IMG/VR virus record: IMGVR_UViG_3300013132_000021
Length of the DNA stretch: 64,000 nucleotides
Strand: one strand, 5' to 3'
Source: a virus
In this document: positions 1 through 8,258 of the stretch, piece after piece
How positions within the stretch are numbered: the first letter of the stretch is position 1
How the letters are laid out: the number at the start of each line of letters is the position of its first letter
The notes under the pieces: generated by a model
What the model saw: only the letters and a program-made list of their open reading frames with translations
The model's database searches: none
What the model was told of the DNA's origin: nothing
Program-made: the position numbers and the translations under genes

Positions 1-33
1 GATTTTCTAAAGATTCCTTCCCATGATGCATCA

Positions 34-831
34 TCAATTTCCATTTAACAACTTCTCCATTGCTTTGCCGTTGCGCAATTCGCTGTTGTGGAATTGACCG
101 TAGGCCAAATGGCAGGCCCATTGATAAATTTCATCACTGTCCGGATAACGAGGAGTTTCTATCAGTGAAAGGTCCTGCAGTCCCATTGGTTCAGCTGCAT
201 TAGTCGGTGCTAGTGTAAACACAGGAATGCCGTGGAACACAGATTCCACAGCGGCCACACTGTTAAAAGTCACGAGTGCGAACACATCGTCATCTAATGC
301 TTCTTGCAGTGTATTGTGCTGTATTCTATCTATGCGTTTAGCAGCACGATCTCTTATCTCTATAGGCCTATCGGTGTGCTTGCGGATGGCATCAACGGTA
401 TTCTGCAGCCATAGATCCATGTCATAATCATAGAATCTCATCGGTTTGTCGTCTGGCTTTGCGATTAATATTTTAGATCCTGTCTTTTTCCAAAGAGAAA
501 TCTTTTTTTTGAAAATTTTAAATCTATCATCAGATCTTGGCACGACATATTTGTGTTGTAGATCATTCTTTACAATCCTATGCCAATACTTCCAACCATT
601 GGGATTACTAGCAGTTATCTCATTGCCAAAGTATCCTGTGTCTACGTAGTAAAATGTTCTACCATCGGCTAAACAACGATGTATGATTTTTTTCTTGAGA
701 ATGCCTCTAAGCACAATAGGTTCGGAACTAGCGTCATAGTCAAAGTCGTTGGTATCAGTGACTTTTTTGCCACAGCCCTGTGCCAGCATGTTGATATATG
801 GGTCTTGACCGTCTTTGCTGAGGAAGATCAT
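34..831 (-). CDS. putative glycosyltransferase-like protein (capsule polysaccharide biosynthesis/GT-B-like)
   Basis: 265 aa ORF with YYVDTGYFG and C-terminal VTFNSVAAVESVFHGIPVF motifs typical of capsule-biosynthesis-like GT proteins; lies in a sugar-enzyme operon. Confidence 0.55.
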   Translation of the reverse strand: MIFLSKDGQDPYINMLAQGCGKKVTDTNDFDYDASSEPIVLRGILKKKIIHRCLADGRTFYYVDTGYFGNEITASNPNGWKYWHRIVKNDLQHKYVVPRSDDRFKIFKKKISLWKKTGSKILIAKPDDKPMRFYDYDMDLWLQNTVDAIRKHTDRPIEIRDRAAKRIDRIQHNTLQEALDDDVFALVTFNSVAAVESVFHGIPVFTLAPTNAAEPMGLQDLSLIETPRYPDSDEIYQWACHLAYGQFHNSELRNGKAMEKLLNGN

Positions 832-1466
832 TTTTTAATTCTAATTGAACATTGCATGTGTCTACTTCGCAGCAAGGGTACGAATTCTCGATCGTATTCA
901 ATTACCCATTCTTTTAATGCTTTAAATTCACCGAGTTGCCATTCTAGATACAGTTCGTGGCCGCCCCAAGGATATAATTCGTCGAAAAGTATAATTGTGC
1001 CTGGTACGATAATCGGATTTAACAGAGTTAAAATATCTCTAGCACTTGAATAAAGATCGCTGTCGATATGAATGAATTTTATTTCAGATTGATTATTCTG
1101 TATCCATTGAGGCAATGTATCTTTAAAAAATCCTTTTACTAATTTAACATTCTTAGCAAATTTAGGCAGCTCGTCAATACGGAAATGGCCTTTTGGATGG
1201 GATGGTTCTGTTTTAGAAATCGTAAACCAATCTTCAGGTAATCCCTCGAAGCTATCAAATCCCCACACAACTTCAGAAGGAAAATGATTCGATATTATTC
1301 TAAGGCTTCTTCCTTTCCATACACCAAATTCTAAAATTGATCCATTTATCATTGGCAGATCTAAAACTTGATATAGGTGATTTTGTCGTTCCGCTCCCAG
1401 AGGATGTACCGCAATTTCAAACTTATCTAGAAAATTTTCTGAAAAATTAAATTTATTTGTAATCAT
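828..1466 (-). CDS. TylF/MycF-family class I SAM-dependent O-methyltransferase
   Basis: Motifs LEFGVWKG, GFDSFEGLPE, VKGFFKDTLP, IHIDSDLYSS, GTIILFDE. Confidence 0.85.
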   Translation of the reverse strand: MITNKFNFSENFLDKFEIAVHPLGAERQNHLYQVLDLPMINGSILEFGVWKGRSLRIISNHFPSEVVWGFDSFEGLPEDWFTISKTEPSHPKGHFRIDELPKFAKNVKLVKGFFKDTLPQWIQNNQSEIKFIHIDSDLYSSARDILTLLNPIIVPGTIILFDELYPWGGHELYLEWQLGEFKALKEWVIEYDREFVPLLRSRHMQCSIRIKK

Positions 1467-2140
1467 AGTCCGTGCTGTAAACAGTAGTCAGTGTAGATGC
1501 GTTCTCGGTGCCATTCGTCGCCCATCGGAGTAGTAGCAAAATCATGGAAGCTAGGAGTTCCTAGAGTGTAATGTAGTAATTTTGCTCCAGGGTTGGCACC
1601 GTACTCGTCGGGTAGCCAATTCCATTCGATGGGTAATTGCCCCACTAGATTAGCATCCAACCACGTGAATCTGTGCAAGATAGCACCGGTAGCAGACTGT
1701 ATAAAATCGGTAGTTACAGATCGGTTAGCAGGATGTCCGCAATTCCAAAGTATCACACTACTCCAATTTTTACAAGGATAATTTTCATTTTTAGAACCGA
1801 GATATTTTTCAGTCATTTTAGTTTTATAATCATGTTTGACAACCATAACTGCTTTTGACTCGTCTCGTAGTGCCCATAGTTTTTCAATGTCATCACGCAA
1901 CAGCATGTCTCCATCCATAAATATTGCCCAGCCCTTGTATTCCATGAGATGAGGAACAAGGAAACGACTATAGATAAAATGATTGCTGCCATCTGTGTGC
2001 TGTTCTTTATAATCTTTTAATATGTTTAGAGCTAATGGTGATATCGATACAGGCTGACTTGAATGTCTAATGATACTATTCGTGCATACATGGTATGCTA
2101 TGGCTTCCCGAGGATCGTATCCGATAAAAATTGGTATCAT
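1463..2140 (-). CDS. glycosyltransferase (GT8-like, GT-A fold)
   Basis: IFIGYDPRE, FxYSRFLVP, DGD (DxD) motif, KNWSSV, WNWL, LHYTLGTP; start placed at the ATGA overlap with the upstream gene. Confidence 0.8.
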   Translation of the reverse strand: MIPIFIGYDPREAIAYHVCTNSIIRHSSQPVSISPLALNILKDYKEQHTDGSNHFIYSRFLVPHLMEYKGWAIFMDGDMLLRDDIEKLWALRDESKAVMVVKHDYKTKMTEKYLGSKNENYPCKNWSSVILWNCGHPANRSVTTDFIQSATGAILHRFTWLDANLVGQLPIEWNWLPDEYGANPGAKLLHYTLGTPSFHDFATTPMGDEWHRERIYTDYCLQHGL

Positions 2141-2901
2141 TTTCTTTCTATATCCTCTTCGATGCATCTATCACCGTATTGTATTTCTATAACTTTCAGA
2201 GGCTGGTCGGTTTCATTGCATAACTTATGCCATTGATGTTGGTTAATATGTATGTGTTGGAATCGAGTAAACTCGCCTAGCAGGTCCATATCTGTAGATT
2301 TGTCGACGGTATAGACAGTAGCCGTGCCTTCAGATACAAACCAATGTTCTGCTCGATCTTGATGGCGTTGCATACTGAGACAGGTCTTAGGTAGTACTGT
2401 AAGTTCTTTGACCTTAACTTCTTGATCTTGTTCATGCAATACTCGATAGTAGCCCCAACCTCTGCCGGTCTTAGGAGCCTTCCATTCTTCTAATATCCAC
2501 GAACTAGAATTGGCCTTGTTAAATCCGCCAACACCAAATGCAAATTCAAGATGGTTATCTTCAAATTCCATCTCTGGTATATTAGCATCTGTGCGATCGC
2601 CGCCGTTGGCAAATATAATTTTATAATCCGGCCATGTCTGCCTGGCTAACTTTATAGCCTGTTTGGCGCTGCCATCATCGTCATTAAATTCTAAAACAAA
2701 ATCTACATCTTTGATATTTTTGACGATATTCATGCGTTCATCCCAGGGCATAAATGCTCGGCCTTTTTTACGAACCAACCACGCATCAGAATTAACACCA
2801 ACAACCAGAGTGTCTCCTAATTGCTTTGCTGCACGAAAGTAGGCGATGTGCCCAGAGTGTAGAGGATCGAATCCTCCTGTGACAAGTACTAAGTTTTTCA
2901 T
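2137..2901 (-). CDS. cytidylyltransferase fused to mannose-6-phosphate isomerase type II cupin domain
   Basis: N-terminal TGGFDPLHSGH (HxGH) and FANGGDR; C-terminal WGYYRVL, SMQRH..RAEHW, IEIQYG..CIEEDIER. Confidence 0.85.
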   Translation of the reverse strand: MKNLVLVTGGFDPLHSGHIAYFRAAKQLGDTLVVGVNSDAWLVRKKGRAFMPWDERMNIVKNIKDVDFVLEFNDDDGSAKQAIKLARQTWPDYKIIFANGGDRTDANIPEMEFEDNHLEFAFGVGGFNKANSSSWILEEWKAPKTGRGWGYYRVLHEQDQEVKVKELTVLPKTCLSMQRHQDRAEHWFVSEGTATVYTVDKSTDMDLLGEFTRFQHIHINQHQWHKLCNETDQPLKVIEIQYGDRCIEEDIERK

Positions 2902-2933
2902 GCAGATATTTATCTGCACATATTATCTCAGAT

Positions 2934-3389
2934 TTAAAGAGTGGCGTCTTCTAGTCCTGCAGTTCTAAGTTTGACGATATTACTCAACTGCCATTGCTTG
3001 ATATCTAAGGCTTTGATAATGCCTAGCCATTTGTTGCGTAGCAGAGCAAAGTCATTGATGATCTTTTCAAAATCTACAACATCAGCTTCACCTTCCACAA
3101 ACTTTTCACAGTCTCTGGAACTGAGCTGACGTTGATAGTTTTCGAGATATTTACGAAAGTGTTGACTACGCAGTCTTCGAAGTTCGATATTGAGATATTC
3201 TAGGATACCTTCAATCTCTTGGAGTTGATTGAACCGAGTTTCTACGATGCCAGGCATCTGCGCAGAGGCTTTCTCGATGTTTCCCGTTACACGGACATCT
3301 TGTTTTGCCGAAATTAATTCAGCTTCATAATAGGCCACAGCATCGGGGATATTTGATATATCTTTGGAAACTCGATCATACCAATTCAT
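2934..3389 (-). CDS. uvsY: UvsY-like recombination mediator
   Basis: 151 aa helical protein two genes downstream of uvsX; C-terminal KWLGIIKALDIKQWQLSNIVKLRTAG resembles the UvsY C-terminus. Confidence 0.75.
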   Translation of the reverse strand: MNWYDRVSKDISNIPDAVAYYEAELISAKQDVRVTGNIEKASAQMPGIVETRFNQLQEIEGILEYLNIELRRLRSQHFRKYLENYQRQLSSRDCEKFVEGEADVVDFEKIINDFALLRNKWLGIIKALDIKQWQLSNIVKLRTAGLEDATL

Positions 3390-3617
3390 TTATTCCTCGT
3401 CGTCTTCGTATTCTTCTTCGATTTCCTCACCATCGATAGCATACTCGATGGCATCGTCTAGATAGGGATCTACTCCTTGCAGTGACTCTAACACAGAGTC
3501 TTTGATACCGTGGTCTAATAGTGTGTTAACAAAATCAGCGGCAACATCAGCTCGTTGTTTTTCTGGAATATGACCAATCACTACATTCCATATATCGGCG
3601 ATTAAATCTTCTTTCAT
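3390..3617 (-). CDS. hypothetical protein with acidic C-terminus
   Basis: 75 aa ORF tightly coupled between uvsX and uvsY. Confidence 0.7.
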   Translation of the reverse strand: MKEDLIADIWNVVIGHIPEKQRADVAADFVNTLLDHGIKDSVLESLQGVDPYLDDAIEYAIDGEEIEEEYEDDEE

Positions 3618-4693
3618 TCGGCTTCCTCCAAGTCTGGTTCAACTGTAGTAGTTATCTCAGAAATGGATTTTTCACCGTGTTTTGATACATCTGCCATGGC
3701 CTTGTCAAGACCGAGATTGTCATTGCGTTCCCAAGCCTTGCGGAATTGTTTAATGATCTCGCCATCGGCAGTGACGTAGACTAGGCTGTTTCCTTCTTTC
3801 TTGAGCATGCCTTTGGCTTCGAACAGGTCGACCAGTCCACTATATGGATTCATACCTGTTTCATAAGGAATCTTCACCTGCACTGATTCAAAAGGTTTGG
3901 CATATCGTGTTTTCATAACCTTGCAGGCAGCACGGATACCTTTGACCTCTGAAATCTTGTTACCGTCTTCGTCTTCTTTGAGTTTCAGCTTACGCATGGC
4001 CACTACGATTGAACTGGCGTAGATAAAACCCTGACCACCGCTGATCTTGTCATCTGGATCAAACATGTCTTGGCTGGCGTAGGTGTGATTGGTACACACC
4101 AACCCAATATTAAGACTACCAAACATGTTCACACAGTTGCGAACCAATGCTGTAAGTGCTTTGGGCTTACGGCCCATGTCGCCTTTGAGATCCCCGGCTT
4201 CGAACTGGTTGACGTCCGTGGGAGTCAGTAACATTCCAAGACTATCTATCACGAACAAGATCTTAGGACGTGTGGCTTCGTCCATGGATTTGTATTCTGC
4301 TACAAACTCCACGATGGTCTTGGCCACATCATCGATCATGGCCATGTTCAACTTCATTAATTTATCTTCTGAAGTGTCTACGCCCAGGGCTTCCAACCAA
4401 TCTTTATCCAAGGCGTTTTCTGTGTCAATCAATATAGGAAATATGCCCGATGCCTGTGCGTTCTTGACCAAGTTACCGGCACAGATAAAACTCTTGCCTG
4501 CACCAGACTCACCAGCAAACACAGTGACCTTGCCTAGGGGAATACCTTTGTAAAAATCTCCACTGATCAAATAGTTCAGTGCAAAATTGTTGGTTGAGAT
4601 CCAATCTACTGGATCATTGAAGCCAATGCTAAGACCTTCGATGCTCTTAGTAATTGACTTTCTAAATTTAGAAATATCAAATGCTTTTGCCAT
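3614..4693 (-). CDS. uvsX: UvsX RecA-like recombinase
   Basis: Walker A GESGAGKS, IDTENA, VIDSLG, NHTY, SGG.GFIYASS motifs. Confidence 0.95.
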   Translation of the reverse strand: MAKAFDISKFRKSITKSIEGLSIGFNDPVDWISTNNFALNYLISGDFYKGIPLGKVTVFAGESGAGKSFICAGNLVKNAQASGIFPILIDTENALDKDWLEALGVDTSEDKLMKLNMAMIDDVAKTIVEFVAEYKSMDEATRPKILFVIDSLGMLLTPTDVNQFEAGDLKGDMGRKPKALTALVRNCVNMFGSLNIGLVCTNHTYASQDMFDPDDKISGGQGFIYASSIVVAMRKLKLKEDEDGNKISEVKGIRAACKVMKTRYAKPFESVQVKIPYETGMNPYSGLVDLFEAKGMLKKEGNSLVYVTADGEIIKQFRKAWERNDNLGLDKAMADVSKHGEKSISEITTTVEPDLEEAE

Positions 4694-4717
4694 ATTATTA
4701 TCCTGTGATGAGAAGAA

Positions 4718-4751
4718 CTCGGGCGTAAGAACTACGTCTTAGAGGCCCGAG
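4718..4751 (-). terminator. bulged stem-loop between gp32 and uvsX (terminator/processing element)
   Basis: Minus strand CTCGGGC-CTC-TAAGA-CGTAGT-TCTTA-C-GCCCGAG followed by TTCTTCTC. Confidence 0.5.
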
Positions 4752-4760
4752 CCGTGTTAA

Positions 4761-5744
4761 TTACTGCTTTTGACGATTGCGAATCATTGCAAGGATATCT
4801 TGCGCACGACTAGCACCCTCAGCGGCTGCTGCCGGGGCCTGTGCCGCTGGAGCACTCACCGGAGCTGCCACGGCCACAGGAGCGTCATCTGCATCCTCAT
4901 CAACTGGGGCTGCACGAGCAGCGACCTTGTTAGGATCACCGGTGGCCTGGCCCATACCTGCTGGTTTGAAATACTGTCCCCAGCGATCCATGTCATATGC
5001 TTCGCCATCCACTGACGCTTCAAACATTTCTTTCATCACTTTAAGTTCAACATCTGTGGGCTTCTTAGGAAGGAAGCCACTGAGATCAAACAATCCGTGG
5101 GTGTCAATGGCTGCTTTTTCAACATCGCTCAAAGCACGTTCTCGTCTGCTCCACTTAGATGTAGAGTAGTCAGCGAATCCGCCTTTGCTTGTTTTAGCGA
5201 TACGGAAGTCTAGACCTTTCAAGAAGTCTGTTGGCAGTTCATCTAGTTCTGGATCCATCAATGCCGAACGGATGATGTTATAGATCTGAGGACCAATGAT
5301 AAATCTACGGATAGGATTTTCTGGAATCTTATCTTCCTTGATAGGGTCTTCAACTACGAAGCCTTGGAAAATATATGAACGCTTCTTCCAATACTTGCGA
5401 CCCATTTCTTCAAGGTTCTTGTCTTTGAACCATCCCCGTACTTCTGCGAGGATCGGGCAAGCTGTGCCATCATTGTACATTTCCACACAGGGAACCTGTA
5501 CCTGCACTGGACGCGAATCAGTTTCGCCTTTGATACCAGCAAACGGTAGTTTGATCATCGCACGTTCTACCCAAAAGAATGTGTTATTTGCGTTGCCATC
5601 AGGAAGTAAACGGATAACCGCTTCTTTGCCTTCTTGCATGTTCCAGTGGGGGTAAATCGCGTTGTCTCCACCGCCGGTGGATTGTCCTGTGGACTTGGAT
5701 TGTGCTTCTTGAAGTTTCGCACGGATTTCTGCTAGTGTTGCCAT
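4761..5744 (-). CDS. 32: gp32-like single-stranded DNA-binding protein
   Basis: MATLAEIRAKL N-terminus, IRLLPD, CPI, YWKKRSY, ADYSTSKW, Ala/Asp-rich tail; adjacent to uvsX/uvsY. Confidence 0.9.
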   Translation of the reverse strand: MATLAEIRAKLQEAQSKSTGQSTGGGDNAIYPHWNMQEGKEAVIRLLPDGNANNTFFWVERAMIKLPFAGIKGETDSRPVQVQVPCVEMYNDGTACPILAEVRGWFKDKNLEEMGRKYWKKRSYIFQGFVVEDPIKEDKIPENPIRRFIIGPQIYNIIRSALMDPELDELPTDFLKGLDFRIAKTSKGGFADYSTSKWSRRERALSDVEKAAIDTHGLFDLSGFLPKKPTDVELKVMKEMFEASVDGEAYDMDRWGQYFKPAGMGQATGDPNKVAARAAPVDEDADDAPVAVAAPVSAPAAQAPAAAAEGASRAQDILAMIRNRQKQ

Positions 5745-5801
5745 TTTAAATGCCTCCTTGTGTTATGCCTAAAATGTTTATATGCCTTATGCACATGTTT
5801 T

Positions 5802-5830
5802 ATTATGCGCTTTTTATTTATCAAGGTCAA
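5802..5830 (-). promoter_or_regulatory. sigma70-type promoter with nested late-promoter motif upstream of gp32
   Basis: Minus strand TTGACC (5830-5825), 17 nt spacer, CATAAT (5807-5802); TAAATA at 5820-5815 within the spacer. Confidence 0.6.
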
Positions 5831-5867
5831 TAATTATCTGATAGTTTTTTGATTTTGTTTTGCCAAA

Positions 5868-5894
5868 AGAAAAGTGGGCTAACCCCACTTTTCT
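5868..5894 (-). terminator. rho-independent terminator
   Basis: Inverted repeat AGAAAAGTGGG/CCCACTTTTCT with a T-rich tail on the minus strand. Confidence 0.7.
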
Positions 5895-6074
5895 CTTGCT
5901 GCCATTAATGCCAACTGCCTTGATAAAAACAATCTCCATTTGATGTGTTCTGGAAGATCGTCTCCGTCATTTAATAGTTCTAATCTTGGTCTACTGTAAC
6001 CTCTATGTACTGCATCTTCAAACACATACTCGATTTCACAATCATCAACAATTAGAACAACTGAGCGAGTTGTA

Positions 6075-6245
6075 TTACTTCTTAGCAGGTTCTGCTTTTT
6101 TGTCGCTTTTGGCAGGCTCAGCCTTTTTGTCAGCAGGCTTGGCTGCTGCTGGCTTGGCTTCTTCCTTCTTGGCTGGTGCTGCTGGTGCTTGTGCAAAAGC
6201 GGATACTGCAAATAGTGATGCTACTAGAGCGATTACTGATTTCAT
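6075..6245 (-). CDS. small secreted Ala/Lys/Pro-rich protein (56 aa) with signal peptide
   Basis: Manually translated: MKSVIALVASLFAVSAFAQAPAAPAKKEEAKPAAAKPADKKAEPAKSDKKAEPAKK; AAGGAG RBS upstream; absent from the ORF track (<60 aa). Confidence 0.8.
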   Translation of the reverse strand: MKSVIALVASLFAVSAFAQAPAAPAKKEEAKPAAAKPADKKAEPAKSDKKAEPAKK

Positions 6246-6336
6246 ATGAAATCTCCTTTTTGATTAACGACAGCGATATTGCTGTGCGTATATATATAAC
6301 GCTTGTAAGATCGATTAGTTGACATCGTGGGCAAGA

Positions 6337-6360
6337 AAAAAGGCAATAAAGTGCCTTTTT
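6337..6360 (-). terminator. rho-independent terminator
   Basis: AAAAAGGCA/TGCCTTTTT inverted repeat after the 6379 gene. Confidence 0.6.
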
Positions 6361-6378
6361 CCGTTGATTTTGGTAAGA

Positions 6379-8247
6379 TTAGTATCTAACCAGTTCTTTG
6401 ATTCTGTCTAGTTCTGTGCTTTGCTCAGTGGTCTGTTGAGGAGCCATGCGCTCTACAAACTTTCGAGCAACCTGTTCAGCCTGTTCTCCAAACTTCTTGC
6501 CTACCATAATCACTACGCCTTCTGGGCCTTTGGGGAATGTATTTGAATCTCTGTCATAGAATGATTGAATAAATTCTGCCAGTTCTTCTACTTTGATGCC
6601 TGCACGTTCTTTACGATCACGTTCTGATTTTTCATCTTTGTCTTTGACGTCTCTCATTGTCAATGGTGTTTGACCGGATTTCTTTCTATCAATCGCAGGT
6701 CTCTCGTAATCTCTGGGATTGTCAGGATCGATAGCTTCCTGCGGAACTGGTTGTTGAACAGGAACTTCGGCTGCGGCTGGATCAACTGCCACTGGTTCTT
6801 CTTCCGGGGCAGTTTGGTCACCTCCTTGGGCTGCTTCCGGCTCATCGACCATATCACCAAAATCTAATTGCTCTAGAGTTTCAGGAGCATTTAATTCTAA
6901 CCATGCTTTGACCAATGGTCTTACGCATGAGTCTGCGTCTTCGGCGGCCTGTGCTTTGATGCGTTTGTATAGTTCTGGATCTTCTATGATGCCTTTGAGG
7001 CTTTCTATGGCATTCGTGCCATCTACGCCTGCGGGGAAATGCTGTCCTACTAGTTCTTGTAGGCTCTGGACGGCAGTGGCCTGTGCTTCTGGATCTTCTG
7101 AGGTGATAGCGGATTCTTCACCCAGTGCCATCACCCATGATTCAAATTGATCAAATGGATCATAGGTGTCTTCACTGACTTCTAGATCTTCGTTGGCTAT
7201 TTCTTCTTGTGTCAATGCGACTATGTCGTCGTAGCCTATGGTGTTTCCTTCTTTCATCAGTCTGTACAACACAGGAAACACTGATGCGATATCTTCTTTG
7301 AATGATTTTACAGTGAATTTTTCTTTGAAGTCTTCTACCACGTCCTGTGGAATTTCTTCTTTGCTATAGGCCTGGAAGTTTTCTTTATATGCTTCATAAT
7401 GACTCTGCTTGCTCAGTGCCTTGATCTGCTCACGCAGTTGGTTTAGATATGTGGTTGATCTTTCAACGACTGAATTAGTGTCCGAGTTCATTAGATCGTT
7501 GCGTACCACATAGTTGCCGAAACTCTTTAACTGTGCGATTTCTTCGCTCATGCCTATGATGCTTTTGCCTAGATCATCATAGGGAACGCCACCGTTGGCC
7601 ACATGTCTCTGCATGGCTCTAGCACCTGCTAGATGGATGAAAGGATATTTGAATCTTTCACCGTCTTGGTTTTCCACGAACAAAGCACCTATGTGGCGTG
7701 TTCTTGCACCTGGCTGATTCTCATCCATGACCGCTTGGTTGTGTTTGATAATCAATCTAGTGTCCATTAGTTTTTGGTAGCTCATGGTTCTGCTGCCATA
7801 CATGTTGCTTTCTGCCATCATACTTTCTCCGACTGGTTTTTGTATAGTGTCCTGCTTGGTCTGCTTGGGCTGTGAGTTCTGCACCAGGAATTCGTAGTCC
7901 CTGCGATCCAGATTATCTTTGGCGATGTCTCTGGTATCGAAACTCAGCAGTCTACGTTTAGCGAACTGGCGCAGCTCTTTGAGAAAGCCGTACCAATTGA
8001 CCTTTTGTTTTTCATCCATGCCTTCAGAAATACCGTGGCTGAAATACACCTTCATCGAGTTGGGCTCTGCAAGACTGATACTGACATGTCCTATGGGGGT
8101 CTTTCCTTCCATGTAGTCAAAATCAAAAAATCGAGCTTCTTCAGGATTAATGGTAATTTCCCCGGTTTCCGCGCCTAGTTTAAGGCCAGAAAAGCGGCTG
8201 CGTACCTTGTAGAATAAATCTGTTGCTATGTTGTTGCTTGCGTCCAT
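6379..8247 (-). CDS. conserved-looking hypothetical phage protein, possibly head/core associated
   Basis: Long ORF downstream of terminase with acidic low-complexity C-terminal part; start MDASNN placed after a TAAATA motif. Confidence 0.65.
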   Translation of the reverse strand: MDASNNIATDLFYKVRSRFSGLKLGAETGEITINPEEARFFDFDYMEGKTPIGHVSISLAEPNSMKVYFSHGISEGMDEKQKVNWYGFLKELRQFAKRRLLSFDTRDIAKDNLDRRDYEFLVQNSQPKQTKQDTIQKPVGESMMAESNMYGSRTMSYQKLMDTRLIIKHNQAVMDENQPGARTRHIGALFVENQDGERFKYPFIHLAGARAMQRHVANGGVPYDDLGKSIIGMSEEIAQLKSFGNYVVRNDLMNSDTNSVVERSTTYLNQLREQIKALSKQSHYEAYKENFQAYSKEEIPQDVVEDFKEKFTVKSFKEDIASVFPVLYRLMKEGNTIGYDDIVALTQEEIANEDLEVSEDTYDPFDQFESWVMALGEESAITSEDPEAQATAVQSLQELVGQHFPAGVDGTNAIESLKGIIEDPELYKRIKAQAAEDADSCVRPLVKAWLELNAPETLEQLDFGDMVDEPEAAQGGDQTAPEEEPVAVDPAAAEVPVQQPVPQEAIDPDNPRDYERPAIDRKKSGQTPLTMRDVKDKDEKSERDRKERAGIKVEELAEFIQSFYDRDSNTFPKGPEGVVIMVGKKFGEQAEQVARKFVERMAPQQTTEQSTELDRIKELVRY

Positions 8248-8258
8248 AAATATATTTA

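Noticed and set aside
4089-5655. Plus-strand ORFs overlapping uvsX and gp32
   Set aside because: Antisense shadows of well-supported conserved genes
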